Source: Nitrospira sp. (lineage in GTDB: Bacteria; Nitrospirota; Thermodesulfovibrionia; UBA6902). Taken from it: a stretch of 64,000 bases of DNA. Below are positions 35,297 through 46,377 of this stretch, piece by piece. Below the pieces are notes generated by a model. That model saw nothing but the letters and a program-made list of their open reading frames with translations. It did not search any database and was not told where the DNA came from. The position numbers and the translations under genes are program-made. The DNA lies in assembly GCA_016784355.1 (NCBI GenBank), contig JADHUV010000003.1, positions 3,935 through 67,934 of the forward strand. The letters are read 5' to 3'. Each line of letters starts with the position of its first letter. Positions within the stretch are counted from its first letter, which is position 1.

Positions 35297-37093
35297 ATGG
35301 CCAGTAGAAAAAAAGATAATCTTGATTCGCGGAAACTCTGGGATGAGGATCCTAACCGGATTCCTCTTCAGAAGAGCAGGAAGCGGGCTCTTGTCGTAAA
35401 TACTATTGTATTGTTCGGCTTTGCTGTTATTTTTCTCAGGCTGGTGGATCTTATGGTTATTGATCATAAAATGCTTTCTTCACGGGCAGAGAGGCAGTAC
35501 AGTCGTCAGGAAAAGCTTCAATCTCATCGGGGTGTGATCTGGGACAGGAAGATGCGGGAAATGGCAGCAAGCGTTGATTCAAGTTCTCTTTATGCTGTCC
35601 CCTCAAAAATCAGTGATACAAGGAACCTGGCCAGGAAACTGGCACCCGTTATAAAGACGACTTCCAAGCAGTTAAATATGACGCTTGTCAATAAGAAGGA
35701 TAAAGACTTTATATGGCTTGCCCGAAAGATGAATGTCAGCACTGTGGAGGAGGTAAGCAGTGTGAGGGATGGTCTTGGTCTTGGCCGGAAGGAACTGGGA
35801 TTTATTTCAGAGTCCAGCCGTTATTATCCCAAGAGGCAGACCGCAGCACATGTTATAGGTTTCAGCAATATAGATAATAAGGGTATTGCAGGCATTGAAC
35901 TGTATTACAATGAGTACCTTCAAGGCAGACAGGAAAAGGTGTCTTATAATACCGATGCTAAGGGCAATCGGCTTTCAGATGAGTTGAAGGAGGGGATCCC
36001 CGGGCACAATATTATTCTGACCATTGATGAGGGTATTCAATATATAGTTGAGCGGGAGCTTTCCGATGCTATGCAGCAGTGGAATGCCAGTGCTGCAATA
36101 GCGGTCATGATGAATCCCTGGACCGGTGAAATTCTCGCAATGGCCAACCGCCCGACTTATGATCCTAATCTTGCCAATAATTCGCGCGCTCAGGACAGGC
36201 GCAACCGGGCGCTTACTGATTTATATGAGCCGGGATCTACCCTTAAGGCCATGCTGGCGGCTTCAGCACTAGAGGAAAAGCTGTATGATCCCTCGGACAA
36301 GTTTGATGTATCCCAGGGGTATATCGAGGTCGGCGGTAAAAGAATCAGGGATATCCATAAGTTTGATATCCTGACCTTTACAGAGGTATTTAAAAGGTCA
36401 TCCAATGTCGGCTCTGTACAGATCGGGCTGAAGCTCGGCGCCAAGGATTATCACAGTTATCTTAAAAAATTTGGCTTTGGCTCAAAGACAGGTATAGATT
36501 TTCCGGGTGAGGTGAGTGGAATTTTCAGGGATCTTAAAAGGTGGTCAGGTACGTCCCTCGCTGCTCTTTCTATCGGGCAGGAGATAGGTGTAACTCCTTT
36601 GCAGATTCTGAGGGCCTACTCTGCTATAGCAAATGGCGGTGCCCTGGTTAAACCGTATCTGGTGTCGGACATAATCTCGGCGGACGGTCAGGTGATCAAG
36701 AGTGTTCGTCCTGAAATTGAACGTCAGGTTATTTCCCGTGAGACTGCAAGGGAGACTACGGAAATCCTGAAGACAGTGGTTGAAGAGGGCGGTACTGCAA
36801 TGAGAGCAGATATTCATGGCAATCTTGTGGCAGGAAAAACAGGTACTGCGCAGATATTTGACAGCAAAACCGGTCAGTATTCAAAGGATAAATTTGTGAG
36901 TTCATTTGTTGGTTTTGTGCCGGCAGATGATCCGTTACTTGCGCTTATTGTAGTGGTTTATGAGCCCGACGGCCGTGGCTATGGCGGGGTTGTGGCTGCA
37001 CCGGTCTTCAGGAAAATTGTGGAAAATACTTTCACGTATCTTGATGTGCCTATGGAGCGGGATGAAAATCAGATCTTACTTGTGAGTCAATGA
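35297..37093 (+). CDS. ftsI: Peptidoglycan D,D-transpeptidase FtsI (PBP3)
   Basis: N-terminal TM, PBP dimerisation domain and transpeptidase motifs (SxxK region, KTG). Confidence 0.9.
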   Translation: MASRKKDNLDSRKLWDEDPNRIPLQKSRKRALVVNTIVLFGFAVIFLRLVDLMVIDHKMLSSRAERQYSRQEKLQSHRGVIWDRKMREMAASVDSSSLYAVPSKISDTRNLARKLAPVIKTTSKQLNMTLVNKKDKDFIWLARKMNVSTVEEVSSVRDGLGLGRKELGFISESSRYYPKRQTAAHVIGFSNIDNKGIAGIELYYNEYLQGRQEKVSYNTDAKGNRLSDELKEGIPGHNIILTIDEGIQYIVERELSDAMQQWNASAAIAVMMNPWTGEILAMANRPTYDPNLANNSRAQDRRNRALTDLYEPGSTLKAMLAASALEEKLYDPSDKFDVSQGYIEVGGKRIRDIHKFDILTFTEVFKRSSNVGSVQIGLKLGAKDYHSYLKKFGFGSKTGIDFPGEVSGIFRDLKRWSGTSLAALSIGQEIGVTPLQILRAYSAIANGGALVKPYLVSDIISADGQVIKSVRPEIERQVISRETARETTEILKTVVEEGGTAMRADIHGNLVAGKTGTAQIFDSKTGQYSKDKFVSSFVGFVPADDPLLALIVVVYEPDGRGYGGVVAAPVFRKIVENTFTYLDVPMERDENQILLVSQ

Positions 37094-38574
37094 TCCTTGC
37101 GGATCTGCTAAGCGGTCTGACGGCAAGGATAAGTGGATCTCTTGAGATCCCTGTAAAAGGGGTTGCTTATGACTCAAGAAAGGTCGGTAAAGGATATTTA
37201 TTCGTAGCTATTCAGGGATTTTCCATGGATGGTCATGACTATATAGAAGAGGCTCTCAGCAGAGGGGCGATTGCAATAGTCACCGAATACGGGCGTGGGA
37301 ATAAGGCTTGCGGTGCGGAAGTTATTGTGGAGGTATCTGACAGCCGTATTGCACTGGCCCTGATAGCTTCGGAGTATTACGGAAGGCCGTCAGAGAGTTT
37401 GTCGCTTGTTGGTATCACAGGGACCAATGGCAAGACAACAACAAGTTTTATTACAAAGAGTATTTTAGAGGCGGGCGGCATGCAGACCGGCCTGTTGGGA
37501 ACAGTTAAATATATAACCGGGAAAAAGTCATCTGAGTCCGTGATGACCACCCCGGAATCGCTTGAACTGCAGGGCTATCTCAGGGATATGGTGGATGCCG
37601 GTATGGACTATGCCGTTTTGGAAGTATCATCACATGCTTTGTCGCTTAAGAGGGTGGAAGGCTGTAATTTTAAGGTGGGAGCATTTGTGAATCTTTCACA
37701 GGATCATCTGGATTTTCATGGCTCTATGGAGGAGTATTACCAGGCCAAGAAAAAGCTATTCAGTTATATTTCGGATGACGGTTATGCCGTGATAAATCAG
37801 GACGATCCGGCTGGTGAGCGTCTTTGCAGTGAGCTTGGAAACAGGATGATTACATGCGGTACAGATGCAGGCTGCATGCTCAGGGCTATGAATGTAGAGG
37901 AACAGTTCAATAATAAGGGAAAGGGCCGCGGGGTACCTTCCGGAATGTCGTTTGATATTTGCACCCCTGAGAGTGCCTTCAGGGTTTCTACAGGGCTTAT
38001 AGGGCGTTTTAATGTACAGAACATTTTAGTGGCCGCAGGCATTGCCCGGTCACAGGGTCTGGGTGCTGATGTTATAACCGAGGGTATACGGAATGCCCTT
38101 CCGGTCGAAGGACGTTTTGAGCGTGTAGATGAGGGTCAGGCATTTCTCTGTGTTGTGGATTTTGCACATACTGATGATGCGCTGCTGAAGCTTTTAACGG
38201 AGATAAGACATATTACTGCGGGAAAGGTAATAACTGTATTTGGATGCGGCGGCGACCGGGACAGGTCTAAGCGGCCTTTGATGGGTGCTGTTGCCGCAGG
38301 TCTTAGTGACCATATATTTATTACATCGGATAATCCCCGTTCGGAAGATCCGGTGATGATAATAAATGAGGTTATCACAGGTATCAGCAGAGATAATTAT
38401 ACCGCGGTTTCCGATAGGGAAGAGGCCATACGGGCAGCGGTTGCTTTGGCAAAAGAGGGAGATACACTTGTTGTGGCAGGAAAGGGACATGAAGAGTATC
38501 AGATTGTGCAGGGGGTAAAGCATCACTTCAGTGACAGGGAAGTGCTCGTCAGGGCGATAAGGGAAATAGTATAA
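37090..38574 (+). CDS. murE: UDP-N-acetylmuramoyl-L-alanyl-D-glutamate--2,6-diaminopimelate ligase
   Basis: Mur ligase with GTNGKTT P-loop and DNPR motif typical of DAP-adding MurE. Confidence 0.9.
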   Translation: MILADLLSGLTARISGSLEIPVKGVAYDSRKVGKGYLFVAIQGFSMDGHDYIEEALSRGAIAIVTEYGRGNKACGAEVIVEVSDSRIALALIASEYYGRPSESLSLVGITGTNGKTTTSFITKSILEAGGMQTGLLGTVKYITGKKSSESVMTTPESLELQGYLRDMVDAGMDYAVLEVSSHALSLKRVEGCNFKVGAFVNLSQDHLDFHGSMEEYYQAKKKLFSYISDDGYAVINQDDPAGERLCSELGNRMITCGTDAGCMLRAMNVEEQFNNKGKGRGVPSGMSFDICTPESAFRVSTGLIGRFNVQNILVAAGIARSQGLGADVITEGIRNALPVEGRFERVDEGQAFLCVVDFAHTDDALLKLLTEIRHITAGKVITVFGCGGDRDRSKRPLMGAVAAGLSDHIFITSDNPRSEDPVMIINEVITGISRDNYTAVSDREEAIRAAVALAKEGDTLVVAGKGHEEYQIVQGVKHHFSDREVLVRAIREIV

Positions 38575-38595
38575 CGATGACACCAGTAAGGCTAT

Positions 38596-40017
38596 ATGAA
38601 GAGGATAAAGAAAATTATAGCGATAGATGAGACATTAATGGCAGAAATATCTCTGGACAATATTATCGAGGCAACCGGAGGAAGATTTCTTGGAAGGCCC
38701 GGGATCAGCTTTAGCGGTGTTTCTATTGATTCAAGGGCTATTACCGGAAGTGATCTGTTTTTTGCGATCAGGGGTGACCGGTTTGACGGGCATGATTTTC
38801 TGGATACTGCATTATCGGTATGCGCAGGTGCGGTTGTTGAGAGGATACCGGTCTCATTTGATCAGGATAAAACGCTTATTTATGTCAAAGACACACTGCG
38901 AGCATTACAGGATCTTGCACATTATATAAGGAGCAGGTGTTCGATACCGGTTGTGGCAGTTACCGGCAGTAATGGAAAAACTACCACCAAGGAGATGCTC
39001 TGGCATGTCCTGTCCTCAAAGTTCAGGACTCATCGTAATGAGGGCAACCTGAACAATCATATAGGATTGCCCCTGAGCATTATGAAATTGGCGTCTGATG
39101 ATGAGGCCATGGTACTGGAAATGGGGATGAATGCTGCCGGTGAAATTCGCCGGCTTTGTGAAATTGCCGAACCGGGATATGGAATTATAACCAATGTAGG
39201 GCTTGCTCACATAGGCATGCTTGGAACTCAAAGGGCTGTCAGAGATGCCAAACTTGAGATGCTGCAGAATCTTGGCACAGCAGTGCTTAATTCTGATGAT
39301 GATTATCTTATGCAGGGGGTAAGAGAGCTTAAGGATTTTGAGGGGGAGATTATAACCTTTGGTATAGATTCCGATGCTGATGTAAGGGCTTCTGATCTTG
39401 TTCCTGTAAGCGGTGGCATTAACTTTACACTACAGATTCGAAACGGAGATAATGCGATGGTAACTCTTCGAGCCAGTGGCACTTTCAATGTATACAATGC
39501 TCTTGCTGCGGCCGCGGTCGGGTATGCCCTGGGTATGGATGCCGGCAGTATGGCTTCTGCTTTGAGTAAATACAGGGGCGTCTCGATGCGTTTTGAGATT
39601 ATCCCGATCGCAGGCATGATCCTGATAGATGATTCATATAATGCAAATCCCGGCTCTGTAACGGAGGCTTTGAGAGAACTCGTGCATCTGGCAGAAGGCC
39701 GCAGGGTGGCTGTGCTGGGAGATATGGGTGAGTTGGGCGATCATGCCGAATCCGCTCATAGCGAGATTGTCCATCTGGCAGCAACTCAGGGTATAGAGGT
39801 ATTTGTTGCAGTAGGAAGGATGATGTCCAGAGCGGCAGAAGAAGTTTTTAAGGAAAGAGAAAATGAAAGCGGTTTAGAAGTTTATCAGTTTGGTGATTCT
39901 GATACTGCCGCCGCAGGGATCAGTAAAATTCTCCGCGTCGGAGATACCCTGCTGGTAAAAGGATCGAGATCAATGCAGATGGATATAATTGTCAGGAGTA
40001 TTAAAAATGCTGTTTAA
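38596..40017 (+). CDS. murF: UDP-N-acetylmuramoyl-tripeptide--D-alanyl-D-alanine ligase
   Basis: Mur ligase, GSNGKTTT P-loop; cluster position. True start may be the internal Met at 38638. Confidence 0.85.
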   Translation: MKRIKKIIAIDETLMAEISLDNIIEATGGRFLGRPGISFSGVSIDSRAITGSDLFFAIRGDRFDGHDFLDTALSVCAGAVVERIPVSFDQDKTLIYVKDTLRALQDLAHYIRSRCSIPVVAVTGSNGKTTTKEMLWHVLSSKFRTHRNEGNLNNHIGLPLSIMKLASDDEAMVLEMGMNAAGEIRRLCEIAEPGYGIITNVGLAHIGMLGTQRAVRDAKLEMLQNLGTAVLNSDDDYLMQGVRELKDFEGEIITFGIDSDADVRASDLVPVSGGINFTLQIRNGDNAMVTLRASGTFNVYNALAAAAVGYALGMDAGSMASALSKYRGVSMRFEIIPIAGMILIDDSYNANPGSVTEALRELVHLAEGRRVAVLGDMGELGDHAESAHSEIVHLAATQGIEVFVAVGRMMSRAAEEVFKERENESGLEVYQFGDSDTAAAGISKILRVGDTLLVKGSRSMQMDIIVRSIKNAV

Positions 40018-41089
40018 GATTTTTTATTCATTCCATGAGTCGATATCAGCCTTTAATGTTTTTAGGTATATAACGTTCAGGACTGCGCTAGCCACGATTA
40101 CAGCGATGTTGATTACTGTGATCGTGACGCCATGGTTTATAAAGAAGCTGAAAAAAATGAGTATGACACAGTATATAAGGGATGACGGCCCGCAGACGCA
40201 TCTATCTAAATCGGGCACGCCTACGATGGGCGGGGTATTGATTATCCTTTCGGTTGTTGTCAGCGTGCTGTTGTGGGGCGACCTGACTAACAGGTATATG
40301 TGGATCATGCTTACGGCCATAGCAGGTTTTGGCATGATTGGTCTTATAGATGATTATCTTAAGGCTATAAAGAAAAATCCGAAGGGATTGAATGGGTGGT
40401 ATAAGCTTGGATTGCAGATTGTGCTGGCCCTGATAATAGGGTTTATTTTCTACAGTGATCCCAGTGATAATTATGCGGCAAAGCTTAGTATTCCATTTTT
40501 CAAAAAATGGCTTGTTGACCTGGGATGGTTCTATATCCCCTTCTCAATTCTTGTAATAGTCGGCTCTTCTAATGCAGTTAATCTGACTGACGGTATTGAC
40601 GGACTGGCCATAGGACTTGTAGGGATTGCATGTCTAGCCAACGGGGCGCTCGTATATATTGCCGGTCATGCCGGATTTTCTCAGTATTTGCATGTAATTC
40701 ACCTGCAGGGGGTGGGTGAGCTTACAGTTTTTTGCGGGGCCCTGTTCGGGGCATCTCTGGGTTTCCTCTGGTATAACAGCTATCCGGCTGAGATATTTAT
40801 GGGAGATGTCGGCTCTTTAGGGCTTGGCGGAGCGCTGGGGACCCTGGCAGTTATTACAAAACAGGAAATCGTGCTTGCCATCGTAGGAGGTATATTTGTT
40901 ATCGAGACTTTTTCCGTAATGATACAGGTTGTCTCTTTTAAACTAACGGGTAAAAGGGTATTTAAGATGGCCCCGATTCATCACCACTTTGAGGTGAAGG
41001 GGTGGGCAGAGCCGAAGATTATTGTCAGATTCTGGATCGTGGGTATAATCCTCGCATTGCTCAGCCTGACAACACTTAAGGTGCGGTAG
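40007..41089 (+). CDS. mraY: Phospho-N-acetylmuramoyl-pentapeptide transferase
   Basis: Polytopic membrane protein with MraY motifs. ATG at 40007 with CAGGAG SD chosen over the upstream TTG. Confidence 0.9.
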   Translation: MLFKIFYSFHESISAFNVFRYITFRTALATITAMLITVIVTPWFIKKLKKMSMTQYIRDDGPQTHLSKSGTPTMGGVLIILSVVVSVLLWGDLTNRYMWIMLTAIAGFGMIGLIDDYLKAIKKNPKGLNGWYKLGLQIVLALIIGFIFYSDPSDNYAAKLSIPFFKKWLVDLGWFYIPFSILVIVGSSNAVNLTDGIDGLAIGLVGIACLANGALVYIAGHAGFSQYLHVIHLQGVGELTVFCGALFGASLGFLWYNSYPAEIFMGDVGSLGLGGALGTLAVITKQEIVLAIVGGIFVIETFSVMIQVVSFKLTGKRVFKMAPIHHHFEVKGWAEPKIIVRFWIVGIILALLSLTTLKVR

Positions 41090-41117
41090 AAATAACAGGG
41101 AGAAAAGCAGGTAAGAG

Positions 41118-42596
41118 ATGGTGAAAGTGGAAAAGAAAAGTATGAACAAATTTACGGATAAAAGGGTATTGGTAGTCGGGTGTGCCAGAAGCGGGACCGG
41201 TGCTGCTAATCTACTTTCATTTCTTGGAGCCAGGGTGACCATTACTGACAGGAGACCTGCAGAGATGTTGAAGGCGCATTTAAAGGGGCTGAAGTCCTCG
41301 ATTACAGTGGTGACAGGCGAGATTCCTGTAGAGCTTTTTGAATCTGCCGAGTTGATTGTCATAAGTCCCGGAGTACCCTTGACGATTCCTGAGATCATCA
41401 GTGCGATGGCAGCCGGGGTAGCGGTTATAGGTGAGCTGGAACTTGCCTACCAGGTGGTTATGCTTGCTGCAGATCGGCCGGCAAATTCAAGAGCTGTCGG
41501 CGTCTTCGGCTCAGAAACCCCGCCACCGCATTTTACAGGAATCACCGGCACAAATGGAAAATCTACGGTGACCACCCTTGTGGATCTTATGTACGGGGCA
41601 GCGGGGTTTAATTCACTCCTGGGCGGCAATATTGGGAATGCGCTTACCGAGGAGATACTGAAGTGCGGGAAGAAAACCGATCTTCAGGGCCTGGACTATA
41701 TAGTGGCGGAGATATCCAGTTTTCAATTAGAAACAATAAGTGAGTTTGCCCCTTTTATAGCGGCGATACTTAATATAACCCCGGATCATATGGACCGGTA
41801 TGTCAGCCTGCAGGACTATATCAATGCCAAGTTCAGGATATTTGAGAAACAGACAAAGGACGGTTACCTGGTGCTTAACGCCGATGACCAGGTGCTGATG
41901 AAGGCCTTTCAGGAGATAAGAGATGACAGCAGCGGGCCTCAGGTTTTTTTCTTCAGCAGGCAGCATGAGGTAAAGGGAGTCTTTGTCCGTGACGGGCTTG
42001 TTTACTGCAGTCTGCCGCAGTTGGAGGTATCTGAACTGCCTCTTATTGCATTAAGTGAGATTCGGATAAAGGGTGTTCATAATCTTGAAAATGCTATGGC
42101 TGCTGCATTGATTGCCCTTCTTTCAGGCTGTCCGTATCAGGCAATCAGGGATGTCTTAATGTCTTTTTCAGGACTTGAGCACCGGCTTGAGTATGCGGGA
42201 GAAGTCAATGGCGTACAGTATATAAATGATTCAAAAGGAACCAATACCGGTGCCGTTGCGATGTCTCTGCAGAGTTTCAGCGGACCCGTGGTGCTGATTA
42301 TGGGTGGCAGTGATAAGGACAGTGATTTCGGGGTGCTTAAGGATGTGATTGGCGAAAAGGTCAGCAGGCTTATTTTACTGGGCGAGGCTGCTGGTAAGAT
42401 CAAAAAGGCACTCGGGGATGCTGTAGAAATGGTTGTTGTCGGCAGTCTGCGTGAAGCGGTGCTGGAAGCAGCTTCACAAACAATCCCCGGCGATACAGTG
42501 CTGCTCTCACCTGCATGTGCAAGCTTTGATATGTTTGTGGATTTTGAGGACCGCGGCAGACAGTTTAAAAAAATAGTTAAGGAGCTGGCTAATTGA
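41118..42596 (+). CDS. murD: UDP-N-acetylmuramoylalanine--D-glutamate ligase
   Basis: Mur ligase with GTNGKST. Longer than typical (about 25-aa insertion before the P-loop). Confidence 0.85.
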   Translation: MVKVEKKSMNKFTDKRVLVVGCARSGTGAANLLSFLGARVTITDRRPAEMLKAHLKGLKSSITVVTGEIPVELFESAELIVISPGVPLTIPEIISAMAAGVAVIGELELAYQVVMLAADRPANSRAVGVFGSETPPPHFTGITGTNGKSTVTTLVDLMYGAAGFNSLLGGNIGNALTEEILKCGKKTDLQGLDYIVAEISSFQLETISEFAPFIAAILNITPDHMDRYVSLQDYINAKFRIFEKQTKDGYLVLNADDQVLMKAFQEIRDDSSGPQVFFFSRQHEVKGVFVRDGLVYCSLPQLEVSELPLIALSEIRIKGVHNLENAMAAALIALLSGCPYQAIRDVLMSFSGLEHRLEYAGEVNGVQYINDSKGTNTGAVAMSLQSFSGPVVLIMGGSDKDSDFGVLKDVIGEKVSRLILLGEAAGKIKKALGDAVEMVVVGSLREAVLEAASQTIPGDTVLLSPACASFDMFVDFEDRGRQFKKIVKELAN

Positions 42597-42633
42597 AAAT
42601 TCGCTTGTACGTACTTTATGGAGGACAGTCGCA

Positions 42634-43800
42634 TTGCGCTTAATAACCCGTGATACGAGGAGCATTGTTATCTCTATTCTTATACTTGTCGGCATAGGTA
42701 CGCTGATGGTGTTCAGTTCTACCGCAGTTTTATCTGCGCGTAAGTATGGCAACGGCTTTCACTATCTTTGGAAACATCTTTTTACGGTTTTTATAGCTGC
42801 CAGTGCAATGACAGCTCTTGCAAAGATGGACTATCGCAGACTCAGGCCTCATATAAATATTCTGATGGGGGCGGCGGTTGTGATGCTTTTGCTTGTTTTT
42901 ATGCCGGGGATCGGGATCTCTGCAAACGGGGCGAGGCGCTGGCTTAGACTATGGCCGATGACGTTTCAGCCCTCGGAATTTGTGAAGTTGGTAATGGTTG
43001 TTTTTATGGCGGATTATATGACAAAAAATATACACAGGATGAAAAGTCTGAAATACGGGCTTCTGATTCCAGGAGCGATTATGCTTGGATTTCAGGCTAT
43101 CATTATATTTCAGCCTGATTTCGGGGCGGTTATGAGCCTTGGTGTTATTACTGTCGGGATGCTTTTGATTGGAGGAACCAGTCTGAAGCACATGGGCGGT
43201 CTGTTGCTGCTGTCGCTGCCAGCTATATATTTTCTGGTTTTTACCTCTGCTTACAGATTGAAAAGGGTTATGTGTTTTACCGATCCGTGGAAAGATGCCT
43301 ATGGATGCGGTTTTCAGCTGATACAGTCCTTCATCGCTTTTGGAAACGGTAACTGGCTTGGTGTTGGTCTGGGCGGCAGTAAACAGAAACTATATTTTCT
43401 GCCGGAGGTTCATACGGATTTCATTTTTTCACTTGTCGGTGAGGAACTGGGCCTCATAGGAGTATTGGCAGTACTTAGTCTGTTTGTAGGTCTTTTTATA
43501 AAGGGCGTACAGCTTGCTAAACGTATCACTGATCCCTTTAGTTATTTTCTGGCCCTGGGGCTCTCGATAATGATAGGTGTGCAGGCAATTATAAATTTTG
43601 CGGTTGCTACAGGCCTTATGCCTACCAAGGGTCTGCCTCTGCCGTTCATAAGCTATGGCGGTTCTGCCCTGCTGATAAATATGGCTGCCGCAGGAATACT
43701 TATCAGTATTTCTATTCACAATGAGCGGGAGAAAAGGGAACAGAGGGTAGATTATAGACATGTGCAGCCGAGAACGGCACATGCAAAGAGGCTAAAATGA
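42634..43800 (+). CDS. ftsW: Peptidoglycan glycosyltransferase FtsW (SEDS family)
   Basis: 10-TM SEDS protein. TTG start with GGAGGA SD 8 nt upstream. Confidence 0.9.
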   Translation: MRLITRDTRSIVISILILVGIGTLMVFSSTAVLSARKYGNGFHYLWKHLFTVFIAASAMTALAKMDYRRLRPHINILMGAAVVMLLLVFMPGIGISANGARRWLRLWPMTFQPSEFVKLVMVVFMADYMTKNIHRMKSLKYGLLIPGAIMLGFQAIIIFQPDFGAVMSLGVITVGMLLIGGTSLKHMGGLLLLSLPAIYFLVFTSAYRLKRVMCFTDPWKDAYGCGFQLIQSFIAFGNGNWLGVGLGGSKQKLYFLPEVHTDFIFSLVGEELGLIGVLAVLSLFVGLFIKGVQLAKRITDPFSYFLALGLSIMIGVQAIINFAVATGLMPTKGLPLPFISYGGSALLINMAAAGILISISIHNEREKREQRVDYRHVQPRTAHAKRLK

Positions 43801-44945
43801 ATATTTTAATTGCCGGCGGAGGTACAGGAGGACATCTTTTTCCCGCATTAGCGGTTGCAAAGTCCCTTATCGCGATCTCTCCAGATGCACATATTACCTT
43901 TGCAGGCACGGCCAGAGGGATAGAAGCGCGTATTGTTCCCAAAGAGGGATTTGATATCAGATTTATCCGCTCAGAGGGACTGGTTGGGAAAAGTATTATA
44001 AAGACGGCCCATTCTCTATTGAAGCTGCCCCTTTCATTTACTGATTCATACAGTATTTTAAACGAGCTAAGACCAGACCTTGTAATAGGAGTGGGAGGGT
44101 ATAGTGCGGGTCCTGTGACCATGTGCGCTAAGATGATGGGTATTCCCACAATGATACATGAACAGAATATTTTCCCGGGACTCACAAACAGGATCCTGGG
44201 TAAGTTTGTTGATACGGTGGCCGTCAGTTACCACGAAAGCATAAAGTACTTTCCGGAGGGCAGGACTTATCTTACAGGTAATCCTGTACGCCATGAAATA
44301 GTAAAAGGCAGTCGGGACAGAGGCATGGAAATCTTCAGTCTTGCAAAAGACAGGTTTACGATTTTTGTTTTCGGCGGCAGTCTCGGGGCCAGCAGTATTA
44401 ATAAGGCAGTTGGTGAGGCACTTACGTTTTTGCAGCCATACAGGGACAGAATACAGTTTCTACATCAGACCGGTGAAAAAGAGTGCAGTTCTATGAAGGA
44501 AGTGTATCGGGCGAGTGAGTTTATGGGCACCGTAGTCCCCTTTGCCTATGAGATGGCTGATGCTTATGCAGTTTCGGATTTAGTTATATCGAGGGCAGGG
44601 GCAACAACCCTTTCGGAACTGACCGCCTGCGGCAAGGCAGCAATCCTGATGCCGTATCCGCATGCGGCCGCAAACCATCAGGAGATTAATGCCCGAAAAC
44701 TCTGGGATCTCGGAGCCGCGCAGATGCTCCTGGATGAGGAGCTTGACGGACATTCACTTGCGGAAATGATTACACAGCTCATAGAGGATCCTGATGCAAT
44801 CGGCATGATGGAAAGAACAAGTAAGTCTATTGGCAGTACTGAGGCCTCTAACAAGGTTGTTCAGCTTGCAATGGGATTGCTTAAAAAAAAAGTTAGAGAT
44901 CAAAATTACGGGATAAAGGCCGCGGCCGTCCCCTTTGAGGATTAA
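43797..44945 (+). CDS. murG: UDP-N-acetylglucosamine--N-acetylmuramyl-(pentapeptide) pyrophosphoryl-undecaprenol N-acetylglucosamine transferase
   Basis: GGGTGGHLFPALA N-terminus characteristic of MurG. Confidence 0.9.
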   Translation: MNILIAGGGTGGHLFPALAVAKSLIAISPDAHITFAGTARGIEARIVPKEGFDIRFIRSEGLVGKSIIKTAHSLLKLPLSFTDSYSILNELRPDLVIGVGGYSAGPVTMCAKMMGIPTMIHEQNIFPGLTNRILGKFVDTVAVSYHESIKYFPEGRTYLTGNPVRHEIVKGSRDRGMEIFSLAKDRFTIFVFGGSLGASSINKAVGEALTFLQPYRDRIQFLHQTGEKECSSMKEVYRASEFMGTVVPFAYEMADAYAVSDLVISRAGATTLSELTACGKAAILMPYPHAAANHQEINARKLWDLGAAQMLLDEELDGHSLAEMITQLIEDPDAIGMMERTSKSIGSTEASNKVVQLAMGLLKKKVRDQNYGIKAAAVPFED

Positions 44946-44970
44946 TTTATTGAAGGCAGTAAGGGAGCAT

Positions 44971-46377
44971 ATGTATAGAAGATTTGAGAGGGTACATTTT
45001 GTGGGGATAGGCGGCGTCGGAATGAGCGGTATCGCAGAGGTGCTGCACAACCTCGGATATAAGGTGGAAGGATCAGACCTCAGGGATTCTGAGACGACCA
45101 GGCGACTTGAACAGCTTGGGATAAAGATACATTTAGGACACAGAGAGGACAATGTGAAGACAACCGATGTTGTTGTAATCTCCTCGGCTGTGGCAGCTGA
45201 CAATCCTGAAGTACTCATGGCCGGTAAACTCTCTATTCCCGTGATTCCAAGGGCCGAAATGCTTGCCGAACTGGCCAGGCTGAAGTACGGTGTTTTGATT
45301 GCCGGTGCTCACGGCAAAACGACTACTACGTCTCTGGTAGCGAGCATACTCGGTGAAGCAATGCTGGATCCCACCGTTGTGATAGGGGGAAAGCTTAAGG
45401 GGATGGGAAGTAATGCGAGGATGGGAGAGGGCGAATTTATGGTTGCAGAGGCGGATGAAAGTGATGGCTCCTTTCTGAAGCTTACACCGACTATTGCAGT
45501 AGTTACAAATATAGACAAAGAGCACATGGATTATTTTAAGAGTATGGATGAGATACGAGGTGCATTTGTATCCTTTATCAATAAAGTTCCCTTTTACGGT
45601 CTGGCAATCCTCTGTGGCGACAATAAATATATACAGGATATATTGCCGGAAGTCCGTCGGAGATTTATTACGTACGGAGTGGGAGAGGGTCATGACCTGA
45701 TTGCAAGTGAGATAGTAATCGGGAACACCATGACAAGGTTTGAGGTTCTGTTAAATGGTACTTCTTTGGGATTGTTTGAGGTCCCGCTGCCCGGAAGGCA
45801 CAATGTCTGCAATTGCCTGGCCGCGATAGCCGTGGCAAATGAGTTGAAGGTAGATATTAATATTATCAGGCAGGCGCTGAAAAACTTCAGCGGCGTGCAG
45901 CGGCGTTTTGAATTTAAGGGCAGTATCGCCGGCATTGATGTTATTGATGACTATGCACATCATCCTTCAGAAATAATGGCTACGCTTAAAGCGATGAAAG
46001 AGGCAATGGATAATGATAATGTTATCAAAGGAAAAGGCGGCAGGCTGGTAGCAGTATTTCAGCCGCACCGCTACACCCGGACGCGGGATCTGCTGGAAGA
46101 GTTTATTGATGCCTTTGTTGATGTCGACAAATTACTTTTGCTGGACATATATCCAGCGGGCGAGAAGCCGCTTCCCGGGGTTAATTCTGAACTCCTTTGT
46201 CAGGGTATCACGGAGACTGGTAAGGATGTAATGTACTTCAGAGACAGGGGTGAACTTATAAGCCATCTCGGGATAGAACTTCGCGAAGGGGACAGACTTC
46301 TGACCCTGGGAGCAGGGGATGTCTGGAAGCTCGGAGAGGAATTTCTGCAGGCCGGAGACGGGCAGGTGCTTAATTAA
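44971..46377 (+). CDS. murC: UDP-N-acetylmuramate--L-alanine ligase
   Basis: VHFVGIGGVGMSGIAEVL N-terminus. ATG at 44971 with AGGGAG SD preferred over the upstream TTG at 44935. Confidence 0.9.
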   Translation: MYRRFERVHFVGIGGVGMSGIAEVLHNLGYKVEGSDLRDSETTRRLEQLGIKIHLGHREDNVKTTDVVVISSAVAADNPEVLMAGKLSIPVIPRAEMLAELARLKYGVLIAGAHGKTTTTSLVASILGEAMLDPTVVIGGKLKGMGSNARMGEGEFMVAEADESDGSFLKLTPTIAVVTNIDKEHMDYFKSMDEIRGAFVSFINKVPFYGLAILCGDNKYIQDILPEVRRRFITYGVGEGHDLIASEIVIGNTMTRFEVLLNGTSLGLFEVPLPGRHNVCNCLAAIAVANELKVDINIIRQALKNFSGVQRRFEFKGSIAGIDVIDDYAHHPSEIMATLKAMKEAMDNDNVIKGKGGRLVAVFQPHRYTRTRDLLEEFIDAFVDVDKLLLLDIYPAGEKPLPGVNSELLCQGITETGKDVMYFRDRGELISHLGIELREGDRLLTLGAGDVWKLGEEFLQAGDGQVLN

